Positions 39,988-50,251 of a DNA stretch of 64,000 nt are shown here, in pieces. The stretch lies in the NCBI GenBank assembly GCA_965219575.1, contig OZ244779.1, positions 1,740,769 through 1,804,768 on the forward strand. The letters are read 5' to 3'. Each line of letters begins with the position of its first letter. Within the stretch, counting starts at the first letter, position 1. Below the pieces are notes generated by a model. The model saw only the letters and a list, made by a program, of their open reading frames with translations, was not told the DNA's origin and ran no database searches. Source of the stretch: Candidatus Oxydemutatoraceae bacterium. Lineage in GTDB: Bacteria > Pseudomonadota > Gammaproteobacteria > Poriferisulfidales > Oxydemutatoraceae. The position numbers were made by a program, and so were the translations under genes.

Positions 39988-40884
39988 CTAAACGAATCTA
40001 GCATACACTTTGCCGTCTCCGCCTATGCCCAAAAAATCACCCGATTCATTGTACAGCCTAAAACATCCTCCCGACGGCAATATCCGAGCATCGTAGCGAC
40101 CGTGCTTAAAGTATCTTGCCGATTCTTCGCTCATTATATAGGCTTCGAAGTCCGAATAAACTCTAGCCGGATCGATTAAATATTCGGATTTCGGGTCGGG
40201 GTTGCGTTCTAGGCAATCGAGCGAGACGGCGGACGCAATATCAAACGCACCGATTGCAGTACGTTTAAGCCGGTGAGTATAGGCGATGGTATCGAGTGCA
40301 GCCGCTATATCCTCTACCAAAGTGCGTATATAAGTGCCTTTGGAACATTCCACCTTAAAACTAAAACCCTTGTCGTCGACATCGCCGAGCGTCAAAGAAT
40401 AAATGTACACCTTGCGCTTGCTTCTGATAACCGAGATATTCGCACGAGCTAATTTATAGAGACGTTGGCCTCGGTGTTTGAGTGCCGAATACATCGGCGG
40501 GATTTGCTCTATCTCGCCGATAAAATCGGAAAATATGTCGTTTAAGACTCTCGCCTCGGGCACCACAAAGTCCCGACGCTCTATAATCTCACCTTCGCAA
40601 TCACCGGTTGTAGTACGCAAACCCAGTCGTGCTCGAACTTCATAGCGTTTGTGCCGATTGCTTAGATCGGTTAATGCACGGGTCGCTTTGCCCAATGCGA
40701 CAATTAGCAAACCTTCGGCAAAAGGATCCAAAGTGCCGGCATGACCGGCCTTCTTAACACGCAATCTTCGTTTGACTTGCTCAACCGCCCGACAAGAACT
40801 GATTGCAGTGGGTTTGTAGAGCAATAATAAACTATTGTCTATCGAGCGGGTGGAATAATCCGACATGCCGTTATTCGGGTACAT
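39988..40884 (-). CDS. truB: tRNA pseudouridine(55) synthase
   Basis: KAGHAGTLDP, PPMYSALK and CSKGTYIRTL. Confidence 0.96.
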   Translation of the reverse strand: MYPNNGMSDYSTRSIDNSLLLLYKPTAISSCRAVEQVKRRLRVKKAGHAGTLDPFAEGLLIVALGKATRALTDLSNRHKRYEVRARLGLRTTTGDCEGEIIERRDFVVPEARVLNDIFSDFIGEIEQIPPMYSALKHRGQRLYKLARANISVIRSKRKVYIYSLTLGDVDDKGFSFKVECSKGTYIRTLVEDIAAALDTIAYTHRLKRTAIGAFDIASAVSLDCLERNPDPKSEYLIDPARVYSDFEAYIMSEESARYFKHGRYDARILPSGGCFRLYNESGDFLGIGGDGKVYARFV

Positions 40885-41218
40885 TCCCGAGTATGTCGTC
40901 TATACGTTTTCCTTGTTCGTACGAGTTGTCTATCTTAAAACTCAGCTTAGGCATAAACTTTAGTTCCAGACTCGACGATAAATTGCTTCTGATGAATCCG
41001 GCTGCGCCGCTAACGGCTTTTAGTATTTGTCGCCCGTCTTCCGGTTCGGGTACCGAGATATAAACTTTTGCATGAGAGCAACCTTTACTCACTTCTACAT
41101 CGGTTACGACGAGTCGATGCAATCGCGGGTCGTTGATTTTATTGCGCAACACCATAGTGATTTCCCGCTTGAGCAAACCCGCAACCCGCAAGGGACGGTG
41201 TAAAACGGTGGCCATCAC
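40871..41218 (-). CDS. rbfA: Ribosome-binding factor A
   Basis: INDPRL..VTDVEVS, GFIRS and PKLSF..D; follows infB. Confidence 0.93.
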   Translation of the reverse strand: MMATVLHRPLRVAGLLKREITMVLRNKINDPRLHRLVVTDVEVSKGCSHAKVYISVPEPEDGRQILKAVSGAAGFIRSNLSSSLELKFMPKLSFKIDNSYEQGKRIDDILGNVPE

Positions 41219-43608
41219 AAACTCCTTCGCACTTCCGCCCGTTGAAAAACTTCTATTTGATCACTCAATTTAACATCGTTGTAGTCTTTGACGGCAATGC
41301 CGCACTCGGTTCCCGCCTTAACTTCGTTGACATCGTCCTTGAAGCGGCGCAACGACTCTAGCTCTCCTTCGTAAATAACGATATTGTCCCGTAATACACG
41401 AATCGGATTGCCGCGTCGTACCGTGCCTTCTATCACCTGACAGCCTGCGACTACTCCGAGCTTGGACGAGCGGAAGACATCCTTGACTTGAGCGATGCCT
41501 ACAATTTCCTCTTTGATAACGGGTTCCAGCAAACCGCCCATCATCTCCTTAACGCTGTCTATCAACTCGTAGATAATGCCGTAATAATTCATCGCTATAC
41601 CTTGCATCTCGGCTGCTCGGCGCGCCTGTGCATCGGCCCGCACATTGAATCCTATCACCATCGCCTTCGAAGCTGCCGCCAGGTTGACATCGGAAACATT
41701 AATACCGCCGACACCGGTAGATAATATATTGACTTTTACTTCATCGCCCGGAATTTTAGAGAGAGCATCTTGTATGGCTTCGGCGGTGCCGCGGGTATCC
41801 GCTTTGAGCAATATATTGACCGATTGTACGGCTTGTTTCGCGTCTTTGATAAAGCTATCGAGGTGCACGACCGGTGTGCGAGCCAAATGTTTGTTGCGTT
41901 CCTTTTGACGACGTAAATCGACGACTTCTCTTGCTTGACGTTCGCTCTCTACGACGATGAACTCGTCGCCCGCCGACGGCGCACCGGAAAGTCCCAATAC
42001 CCCGGCCGGTATCGAGGGGCTGGCTTCGGAAAGCATGGTGCCGCGCTCGTCCAATATTGCGCGCACTCGACCGAATTCCATACCCGCCAATAGAATATCG
42101 CCCTTCTTTAGCACACCGCGCTTAACTAAAACCGTTGTGATAACGCCGCGTCCTTTATCCAATGTCGCTTCTATCACCGCACCTTGCGCATTCCCCGAGC
42201 GCGGTGCCTTGAGTTCCATAACCTCGGCTTGCAGTGAGATTGCGTCTAGTAGTTCGTCTATACCTTGACCGCTTTTAGACGAAACCTCGACAAAGATGTT
42301 GTCCCCGCCCCAGGCCTCGGATACGATATTGTATTTGGCAAGTTCGCTTTTTATTTTCTCGGTGTCCACACCTTCTTTGTCTATTTTGGTAAACGCGACA
42401 ATGACCGGTATCTTAGCCTCTCGGGCATGTTCTATCGCTTCTACGGTTTGCGGCATTACACCGTCGTCGGCAGCGACTACCAAGACGGCAACATCGGTCA
42501 CTTCGACACCGCGGGCGCGCATCGCCGTAAACGCAGCATGGCCGGGCGTATCCAGAAAAGTGATTACTCCCTTATCGGTTTTCACATGATACGCACCTAT
42601 ATGCTGTGTGATACCGCCCGTTTCGTTGCTATGCACTTTGGTGCTGCGTATATAGTCCAGCAACGATGTTTTACCGTGATCCACATGCCCCATCACGACA
42701 ACGACAGGAGGGCGAGAAAACTTTTCCAAGTTTTCGTCGTCCAATTTATTAACCAATCCCGTCTCTGCATCCTCGCGCTTCTCGGCAACTGCGCGATGCC
42801 CTAATTCTTCTACTATCAATATTGCGGTATCTTGATCGAGCGACTGGTTGATAGTCGTCATAATGCCCATATCCATCATTTTTTTGACAAGTTCACCACT
42901 CTTGATCGCCAAACCTTGCGCCAAATCGGGTACCGATATATGTTCGGGAATTATCATTTCGCGTTTTACTTTTTGAGTGGGTTTTTCAAACCCGTGTTTC
43001 TGCGACGGTGTTACTTTAACGGCTTGTCTACCGTGTCTTTTGATCGTTCGTTTGCCGCTTTTATCGCTTGCGATGCTCAGTCGTTTACGCGGCTTGTCCG
43101 GTTGTGCGGTCGCTTGACCGGTAGGTTTGGTTTGCTCGGCTTCGGTAGTTGAAGGTGCTTTAGGTTCTTTCGTGGGTTTGGCTTTTGCTTGCTTATTCGA
43201 TTTACTCTCGGGCTTCGGTTTTTCGTCGGCTTGGGGTATTTGCGGAATCGTCATTTGTGGCGATTTTTTTCTGACCGTTTTTCCGGTATCTTTCTTTGCG
43301 GTCGGTGGCGTTTTAGTTTTTTTAACGGGCGACGGTGCCTTAGGTTTTTCATAAGTAGTTTTTTGACGAACCTCTATCTTGACCGTTTTAGCCGATTGAC
43401 CGCGCATGACTTGAACTTGCGAAGTACTACTTCGGCGAGGACCGGATGGCTTGCCTTTGCCCAAACGCTTTATTACTTGTAGCTTTTCGTCGTTAGAAAG
43501 CGTGTCGTCCTTTTTTTTGCCGACTATACCGGCGGTCTCGAGAATCTTGAGTATCTCGCTCGGTGATTTGTTTAGGTTCTGCGATAATTTCTCGACGGTT
43601 TCCGACAT
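41215..43608 (-). CDS. infB: Translation initiation factor IF-2
   Basis: [23 protein letters not shown] and SLRRFKDDV. Confidence 0.98.
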   Translation of the reverse strand: MSETVEKLSQNLNKSPSEILKILETAGIVGKKKDDTLSNDEKLQVIKRLGKGKPSGPRRSSTSQVQVMRGQSAKTVKIEVRQKTTYEKPKAPSPVKKTKTPPTAKKDTGKTVRKKSPQMTIPQIPQADEKPKPESKSNKQAKAKPTKEPKAPSTTEAEQTKPTGQATAQPDKPRKRLSIASDKSGKRTIKRHGRQAVKVTPSQKHGFEKPTQKVKREMIIPEHISVPDLAQGLAIKSGELVKKMMDMGIMTTINQSLDQDTAILIVEELGHRAVAEKREDAETGLVNKLDDENLEKFSRPPVVVVMGHVDHGKTSLLDYIRSTKVHSNETGGITQHIGAYHVKTDKGVITFLDTPGHAAFTAMRARGVEVTDVAVLVVAADDGVMPQTVEAIEHAREAKIPVIVAFTKIDKEGVDTEKIKSELAKYNIVSEAWGGDNIFVEVSSKSGQGIDELLDAISLQAEVMELKAPRSGNAQGAVIEATLDKGRGVITTVLVKRGVLKKGDILLAGMEFGRVRAILDERGTMLSEASPSIPAGVLGLSGAPSAGDEFIVVESERQAREVVDLRRQKERNKHLARTPVVHLDSFIKDAKQAVQSVNILLKADTRGTAEAIQDALSKIPGDEVKVNILSTGVGGINVSDVNLAAASKAMVIGFNVRADAQARRAAEMQGIAMNYYGIIYELIDSVKEMMGGLLEPVIKEEIVGIAQVKDVFRSSKLGVVAGCQVIEGTVRRGNPIRVLRDNIVIYEGELESLRRFKDDVNEVKAGTECGIAVKDYNDVKLSDQIEVFQRAEVRRSL

Positions 43609-43611
43609 TTT

Positions 43612-45105
43612 TTAGCTACCCTCGACATTCTGAAACCAAGGTGTCCTTGCTTCCATAATAAGTTCCGCCGCTTTATCCGCATCGATACCCTCTATTTCCA
43701 GCAAATCGTCTACCGCTTGTTCCGCCAACTCTTCACGGTTGGTGATATTGTGCTCTCTCAGTTTTAGAAGTAGAGGCTGATCTACACTGCTAAGATGGCT
43801 CAACTCGTTGTCGGGAACCTCGTCTTCATCGGACAAAACCATCGCCAACAAGACATCGCTGGCGCGACTTTTTAGATCCTCTACGAGCTGTTCGTCGAAC
43901 TCTTTTATGGCAAGCAGTTTTTCGGTTTCGGCATACGCAATCGCTTCCATACTGTCAAAACCTTCGTCGACTAAAATTTCCGCAACTTCTTTGTCGACAT
44001 CGAGTTTCTCGTTGAATAATTGAACCACGTTTTGTATTTCATATTCGCTTTTATCTTCCGCCTGTTCGGTGCTGATAACATTCAGTTTCCAGCCCAGTAG
44101 CTGGCTTGCCAAACGCACATTCTGCCCACCGCGTCCGATGACTTGAGAGAGTTTCTCTTCCTCTACTACGATATCTATCTGCTGTAATTCCTCTTCCACT
44201 ACGATAGAAGTAATTGCGGCGGGTGCCATCACATTGACTACATATTTACCGAAATCCTCGTCCCAACAAATGATGTCGACGCGTTCTCCCGCCAATTCAT
44301 TCGATACCGCTTGCACGCGCGCGCCGCGCATTCCGACACAAGCACCAACCGGATCCAGACGCGAATCTCTGGAGTGTACCGCGATTTTAGCGCGCAGACC
44401 GGGGTCGCGCGATGCGCCTATAATCTCTATCAACCCCTGCCCTACTTCGGGCACTTCGAGTTCAAACAGTCTGATCAGAAATTCCGGTGCGGTGCGAGAC
44501 ATAATCAGTTGCGGACCGCGCATTTCTTCACGCACTTCTTTTAAGTAAGCGCGTACGCGTTGACCGGGGCGTATGGTATCTCTGGGAATTAGATCGCTAC
44601 GCGGTATAAATCCTTCGCCGTTGCTTCCCAAATCCAAATAGAGACCGGTATAATCTTCTCGTTTAGCATTTCCCATAATCAAAGTGCCGACTTTATCTTT
44701 GTACAAAGACACGACGCGTGCCCGCTCGGCTTCGCGCAGTTTTTGAACTATAACTTGCTTGGCGGTGTGCGCGGAGATGCGACCGAAAGGCGCATTTTCA
44801 ATCTGCTTCTCCAGATAATCGCCGGGGTTCAAGGACTCGTCGTCTTGTCTTGCCGAACTCAAGAGTATTTGATGATCCGAAGAAGCAAAATTCTCATCGT
44901 CATCGTCGATAACATGCCATCGCCTGTAGGTATTGTATTCTCCGGTTTTGCGGTCTATCTCCACGCAAATATCTACATTATTATCCCATTTTCTACGGGC
45001 AGCCACGGCGAGTGCCGACTCCAGAGCTTCAAAAACGTCCTCCGCTGCTACATTTTTTTCGTTTTGTACGGCTTCTACGACGCGCAAAATTTCATTACTT
45101 TCCAT
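43612..45105 (-). CDS. nusA: Transcription factor NusA
   Basis: FGRISAHTAKQ, DPVGACVGMRG and IGRGGQNVRLA; ATG at 45105. Confidence 0.97.
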   Translation of the reverse strand: MESNEILRVVEAVQNEKNVAAEDVFEALESALAVAARRKWDNNVDICVEIDRKTGEYNTYRRWHVIDDDDENFASSDHQILLSSARQDDESLNPGDYLEKQIENAPFGRISAHTAKQVIVQKLREAERARVVSLYKDKVGTLIMGNAKREDYTGLYLDLGSNGEGFIPRSDLIPRDTIRPGQRVRAYLKEVREEMRGPQLIMSRTAPEFLIRLFELEVPEVGQGLIEIIGASRDPGLRAKIAVHSRDSRLDPVGACVGMRGARVQAVSNELAGERVDIICWDEDFGKYVVNVMAPAAITSIVVEEELQQIDIVVEEEKLSQVIGRGGQNVRLASQLLGWKLNVISTEQAEDKSEYEIQNVVQLFNEKLDVDKEVAEILVDEGFDSMEAIAYAETEKLLAIKEFDEQLVEDLKSRASDVLLAMVLSDEDEVPDNELSHLSSVDQPLLLKLREHNITNREELAEQAVDDLLEIEGIDADKAAELIMEARTPWFQNVEGS

Positions 45106-45583
45106 CGCCTCTCCTCCTTTCCGAATAATCCCACTCTTCGCAAAGCAAGCGACCTTGCCTGATCGCACCATAAGGAATATCAACCGACTCTTGCTCTACT
45201 TTCAAAGTAATAGAGTTCGCTCTCACCGCTTCCAGACGACCGGTAAAATTTTTCCTATTATTAAAAGGTTCATAGCTTTTCACTTTTATCATAGCTCCTA
45301 TGTATAGTTCATAATGTTCGTTACTCAATAAAGGCCGTTCTATTCCCGGCGACGAAACCTCTAAGGTATACGCCTGCCTCATTAGATCTTCTACATCCAA
45401 TACGCCGCTTATCTGATCACTGACTGCGGAACAATCGTCGAGCGTGATACCGTCGGGATGATCTATGTAGATTCTTAGTAAGGAACGCCGTCCGTAGCCG
45501 TTGAGCTGTAGACCCCAGTAAATATAACCCATGCGCTCAATCTCGGGCTTTATAATAGATGATAAATCTTCCACGCGCCTCAT
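45095..45583 (-). CDS. rimP: Ribosome maturation factor RimP
   Basis: LRIYID..ITLDDC and YTLEVSSPGIERPL. Confidence 0.96.
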   Translation of the reverse strand: MRRVEDLSSIIKPEIERMGYIYWGLQLNGYGRRSLLRIYIDHPDGITLDDCSAVSDQISGVLDVEDLMRQAYTLEVSSPGIERPLLSNEHYELYIGAMIKVKSYEPFNNRKNFTGRLEAVRANSITLKVEQESVDIPYGAIRQGRLLCEEWDYSERRRGDGK

Positions 45584-45634
45584 AACTATTCCACCTCGTT
45601 ATACGATGTTTAAGTAAACCAACCGACACATAAT

Positions 45635-45656
45635 AAAAAAGCTCCCTGAAGGAGCC
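45635..45656 (-). terminator. rimP-leader-like hairpin plus U tract (attenuator or terminator)
   Basis: GGCTCC-TTCAG-GGAGCT-TTTTT about 50 nt upstream of rimP. Confidence 0.65.
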
Positions 45657-45739
45657 TTCCGATAAGTTAGCCGATGTTAAATAACACGCCTATGATATTA
45701 AAAATCGGGACAAAACACAAGGGCATGTCCATTTCTCTC

Positions 45740-46135
45740 CTGTGGAGGGGTGGCAGGCGTAGCCTGACGGGGTGGTCGCTGCGTGGGACTGTTGAAAAAG
45801 TATTTCATAAATTTATAGGGGCGGACTAAAATTAAATTGCCGATTGACCTACCGGCTCAATCGGCGGCTCTGTTCTGCCCGAAATGTATCATGTCTGCAC
45901 GATTAATGCGTTCACCCATTAATATTATGGAAACCATTATTTGCTGGCGCAAGCGGTTGGTGTCGTGCAGAACGGTACTTAAGGGCAGACACACAGGTCT
46001 GCCCCTACGGCTTGGTGGTTATTATGAATTCACGGCGAAGGCGGTTGAGTTTGTGCAGAAACTCAGCATTGATAATAATCGAAACCTTTGCGGTTAATCA
46101 ACAACCGCCGATTGAGCCGGTAGATAAATCGGCAT
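45740..46135. mobile_element. MITE/REP hairpin cluster
   Basis: GGAGGGGTGGCAGGC module, GGGACTGTTGAAAAAG end, two REPs and two GCCGATT hairpins. Confidence 0.75.
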
Positions 46136-46154
46136 AACAGCGTTAAATTTTCAA

Positions 46155-48062
46155 CTATAAAGGTGTCTCTAAACGGACATAGGAAGGCTCTCTCAATTCC
46201 GCCTCGGCGGTTGCAACTTGGTGTTCAAAATTGATTTTCAGGTCTCGTAAAAAACTGCGTGCGCCTCTTTGAAATAAAGCGGTGACATCCTTCTCATCCA
46301 TCACTCTGCTCTTTACCATTCCCAGCTGCGTCTCCAATTTGTCCAATAATTGATCTCTCGTCGTAGAGGGTATTAGCTTATCTATCGCCTGCCGTCTTTT
46401 CTCGGGATTATCAATATCTTTAGCGGGCAACATCACTTTGAGTAAATCGTCTAAGGTGAACTCCGAGAGATCATCCCTACTACCTATTGCCTTTCCGGCA
46501 ACTTCGGATGTCTGCAATACCCTATAAAGTTCTCGATGGTTATTCTCGTTCAAGGTGTCGATGTTTAATTGATTCGCTATCGATATAAATTCGGGTCCCC
46601 ACTCGTCCCCTTGTTTTATTCTATCAATCAAAATTGGGTGGATACGGTCGGGTATCTTCCCTTTTAAGCCCGATACTTGCTTATGACCTTTAATCAAAGG
46701 AATGATAATATCTTTGGCATAGCTTCGCATCATGGCTTTGACATCCGCCACTTCCCAATTTCTACTTTCAAATACCGAATCCGGTTTGGGTGCCTGCTTA
46801 GAGAGTACTTTCAAGTCGGCGAGCATCGTCTCTTTATGAACAATTTGATGTATCTTAGACAAAATTTTTCCTTTATCCATTCCCAGAGCCTGACAAGCGG
46901 CAGCGTCCTTATTGTAAATTTCATCCAAAGTCTCTTCCATGTCTTGTTGTACGGCTTCAATCTGAGGCTTGCCTATATAAGGATCTTGTAGTACTAATTT
47001 TTTCAGCAAACTATCCACACCGGTATATTGACTTGGGCGGAGTGCCTCAATTGCTTCTTTTTTACCCGATAACCACCGGCTTAATAACCCGGTCGCTTGT
47101 TCGCGTGCATCGGCAACCGATAACATCCGCGCTTCGTTCTGCTGTGCAAGTTTCGCCTGTAGTTGCTCTTTGACTTCCGGCATCCGCATCGGTTGCTCGT
47201 TGAAGTTATGATCTTCGCCCACCTTTTTGAGCAGACCGTCGAACTCACTCCCCATCTGCTTGATAACCGCTTCGTTGATGCGCGTCTTTAATTCGTCGCT
47301 AGTCGCTATCGTTGTATCGTCGATCTCCGATACTATCGCTTGTTTTACTTCGCCGTCCAAACCGGAGGCATCGAGCCGGGTATTTAATTCGTCGCGTAAT
47401 CCTGCACCAGCCTCGTCGATGCGCCGATCCAATACTTCCGACAATATCTTATCTACATGATTTTGCGCACGCTGTCCTTGCTCGTTCTCGTTCAGACATG
47501 CGATGGTCTCGATTTCGTCGGTGTCTTCTCGGGCTCGAATATTGACTTCATCGCCTAGACTCTCTATATCGACATCGGCAGCCGAAATGCCTCTGTGAGC
47601 TCTAATTTTCTCGGCGATCATGGCATCGGTCCTCTCCTCAAAATTTTCTCCACTTGTCATTGTTTCGATTTTACCGCTGTACCAATCCACCCATCCTTGT
47701 GCGCGGTCGATTTTCGTCGCCATCGCATTCTGTTGTACATCGCTGATAAAACGATGCACTTTTCTCGCCGACAGTGGTTTATTTTTGTAAAAAATACTAC
47801 CTTGAGGATCCAATTCATTTATTCTTGCCTCGAAATCCCTCCCGTACAAGCGGTCGGACAACAGCAAGTCTTTTACTTTACCTTTGGCAAGCAAAACAGC
47901 TTCCTTGTAATCGCGATTAAACTTAAAACGCACCCAAGTCACTATCCTACCTACAAAAGTTGTCCCATCGGTTTTCAGTTCCTGGGTTGTTCGGTTGATA
48001 CCTATATAGCCGTTCGATCGGTCTATCATTTGCATTAAAGATTGTAAGCCCATTCTATCCAT
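46155..48062 (-). CDS. Hypothetical helical protein, paralog of 48159-50027
   Basis: 635-aa ORF sharing KPLSARKV, QAID and RVMDE..ALFQRGA with its neighbour. Confidence 0.8.
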   Translation of the reverse strand: MDRMGLQSLMQMIDRSNGYIGINRTTQELKTDGTTFVGRIVTWVRFKFNRDYKEAVLLAKGKVKDLLLSDRLYGRDFEARINELDPQGSIFYKNKPLSARKVHRFISDVQQNAMATKIDRAQGWVDWYSGKIETMTSGENFEERTDAMIAEKIRAHRGISAADVDIESLGDEVNIRAREDTDEIETIACLNENEQGQRAQNHVDKILSEVLDRRIDEAGAGLRDELNTRLDASGLDGEVKQAIVSEIDDTTIATSDELKTRINEAVIKQMGSEFDGLLKKVGEDHNFNEQPMRMPEVKEQLQAKLAQQNEARMLSVADAREQATGLLSRWLSGKKEAIEALRPSQYTGVDSLLKKLVLQDPYIGKPQIEAVQQDMEETLDEIYNKDAAACQALGMDKGKILSKIHQIVHKETMLADLKVLSKQAPKPDSVFESRNWEVADVKAMMRSYAKDIIIPLIKGHKQVSGLKGKIPDRIHPILIDRIKQGDEWGPEFISIANQLNIDTLNENNHRELYRVLQTSEVAGKAIGSRDDLSEFTLDDLLKVMLPAKDIDNPEKRRQAIDKLIPSTTRDQLLDKLETQLGMVKSRVMDEKDVTALFQRGARSFLRDLKINFEHQVATAEAELREPSYVRLETPL

Positions 48063-48158
48063 ATCACTCTCCTATTTAAGAAATTGCCGTTGTCTTAAAG
48101 CCTTAATATTCGGCATATCGGAATACAATATCGTAGCATAATTATTGATAACTCGTCA

Positions 48159-50027
48159 TCATTGCTTTGCGGTCATCGCCTCAAAATTGATGTTTTGGGC
48201 GCGTAAAAATCTAACCGCCCCTCTTTGAAACAAAGCATTCGCATCTTCCTCATCCATAACCCTGCTTTGCACCATCAATAATTGACGATCGAGTTCGTTC
48301 AACAATTTGATTTTGATTTCGTCGGGTACCACCCGATCTATTGCCTGACGTCTTTTTTTGTAATTGTCCGCATTTTTAGAACCTAGCATCGATTTAAGTA
48401 AATCCTCCAAACTAAAACTTACAAAGTCTTCCCTGTTGCCTATTCTTTTTCGTGCAACTTGCGGCGAATCCAATAACTCATAAAGCCCTGCGTTGTCCTT
48501 CTTGGTCAGGTTGGCTATGTGCATCCCGTTCGCCGCAGCAATAAACTTGGGTTCCCACACATAGCCTTTGCCCACTTTCTCTAACATGGTTCGGCAAATA
48601 TGATCCGGAATTTTAGTTCTTAAAGACAATACTTTAGCATAGCTTCGGGTCATCGGCTTGCTTACCGATTCAATATACTTTTGAGCCACACCTCTAATAT
48701 CCGCAACCTGTTGAACATCGTTCTCAAACAGAGAGCTCGTCGCTTGCGTTTCTCTAACCGAATTCCGCAAGCGATCGAACAATACACTGTGGCGGTCAAA
48801 TTTATACAGCATGGAAAAAAGTTTAGTTTTAGAAACATTGAGTGCCTCGTAATCGGAACGATTTTTTTCATAGATTTCGTTTAAGGTTTGTTCGATCGTT
48901 TGTCTAAAAGATTGAATATGCTCTTTGCGCGTGCGCGGTTCCTGCAACACAAGTTGGGTCAGTACATCGACTATGCTTGTGTGTTGACTTTCTTGTGCGG
49001 CTTCGAATGCTTGTTGCTTGCTTTCAACCCAACGATTTAACATCTCACCGGCCTTGTTGCGGGCATGCTCTACGGACAACATCCTATGATCGGTTTGTCG
49101 GGTAAGTTCTTCCCTTAATTGCGCCCTCACCTCGGACAGTTGTGCAAGCGGTCCGCTAAAATCTTTTTCTGCTTGTGCTTGTTTAAGTAATTGCGGAAAT
49201 TCCCCGTCTACCTTCAGTACCACCAAGCGATTTACACGTTGATCCAATTCATCCATCGTGGCGATTTTAGAGGCAGCAATCTCGGCATTGACTTCGCTCA
49301 TCTCGGCCCCGAACAAACCGGAAACCGATAATCGCTTGTATAATTTTGTTTGGTTGATGGCGCGTGAATCCGCAATACGCTCGTCTAAAATGCGAGACAT
49401 TGCTTTGTTGACATGCACCGTAGCTTGCGAGCCGTCGGTCACCGACATCATCCCTTCTCGGTCGCTCAGGGCTGCTTGATGGATCTCGTCGCCGACTCCC
49501 TTCAGATCTACATCTGCTGCCTCTATACCGCGTTCATTTTGTAGTTTCTCGGAGAGCATTGCGTGCAGATTGTCTTCAAAAGCCTCGCCGCTCGCTATGG
49601 TGTTTGCTCTGCCGCACACCCAATCGACCAAGCCTCTGCTTAAATCTTCATTCGATTTCCGCCCGAAACTTCGGCGATGCGGTGCCTGATTCCCACCTTG
49701 TGTCACATCGTTTATAAAGTGGCGCACTTTTCTCGCCGACAAAGGCTTGTCGTTGAAAAAAAATCCGTGCCTTCTATCCAAACCTTCTATCTTTTGACGA
49801 AAGTCATCGCCATGAATGCTATCGGACAACATCGATGCCATAACTTGACGCTTGGCATCTACGATTGAACTTCTATAATTTGAACTGGTTTTGAAGCGTA
49901 TCCAGACGACTAACCTACTCAGAAAATTACTGCCGTTAGTCTGCAAATTACCGGTACTGCGATTGAACCTCAGATAACCACTCGATGTGTTGACTATCCT
50001 CGACAGATTATGTAAATCAGTATTCAT
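48159..50027 (-). CDS. Hypothetical helical protein, paralog of 46155-48062
   Basis: 622-aa ORF with GGAGG RBS, collinear with its neighbour. Confidence 0.8.
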   Translation of the reverse strand: MNTDLHNLSRIVNTSSGYLRFNRSTGNLQTNGSNFLSRLVVWIRFKTSSNYRSSIVDAKRQVMASMLSDSIHGDDFRQKIEGLDRRHGFFFNDKPLSARKVRHFINDVTQGGNQAPHRRSFGRKSNEDLSRGLVDWVCGRANTIASGEAFEDNLHAMLSEKLQNERGIEAADVDLKGVGDEIHQAALSDREGMMSVTDGSQATVHVNKAMSRILDERIADSRAINQTKLYKRLSVSGLFGAEMSEVNAEIAASKIATMDELDQRVNRLVVLKVDGEFPQLLKQAQAEKDFSGPLAQLSEVRAQLREELTRQTDHRMLSVEHARNKAGEMLNRWVESKQQAFEAAQESQHTSIVDVLTQLVLQEPRTRKEHIQSFRQTIEQTLNEIYEKNRSDYEALNVSKTKLFSMLYKFDRHSVLFDRLRNSVRETQATSSLFENDVQQVADIRGVAQKYIESVSKPMTRSYAKVLSLRTKIPDHICRTMLEKVGKGYVWEPKFIAAANGMHIANLTKKDNAGLYELLDSPQVARKRIGNREDFVSFSLEDLLKSMLGSKNADNYKKRRQAIDRVVPDEIKIKLLNELDRQLLMVQSRVMDEEDANALFQRGAVRFLRAQNINFEAMTAKQ

Positions 50028-50115
50028 TTCCCCCCTCCATCGGTCGTTGAAGCCTTTTTAACCGAAGCTATAGTATATCATGGAATCCCGTCAATAAACG
50101 ATGTGTGTACGATGC

Positions 50116-50204
50116 TAACGTTACCCCATTTTTATTACCATCTACAAGGTTAGTTTTCATGCTACTACTCTCGCAGATATATTAGGGGTTGATACCCTAA
50201 TGCG
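50116..50204 (-). mobile_element. IS3 right-end remnant
   Basis: Aligns with the reverse complement of about 19881-19970 (IRR plus the ALGYQP codons). Confidence 0.85.
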
Positions 50205-50251
50205 ATAGTTTACTATGCAATGGTTATCGCACCGGCAGGCGAACATAGGTT

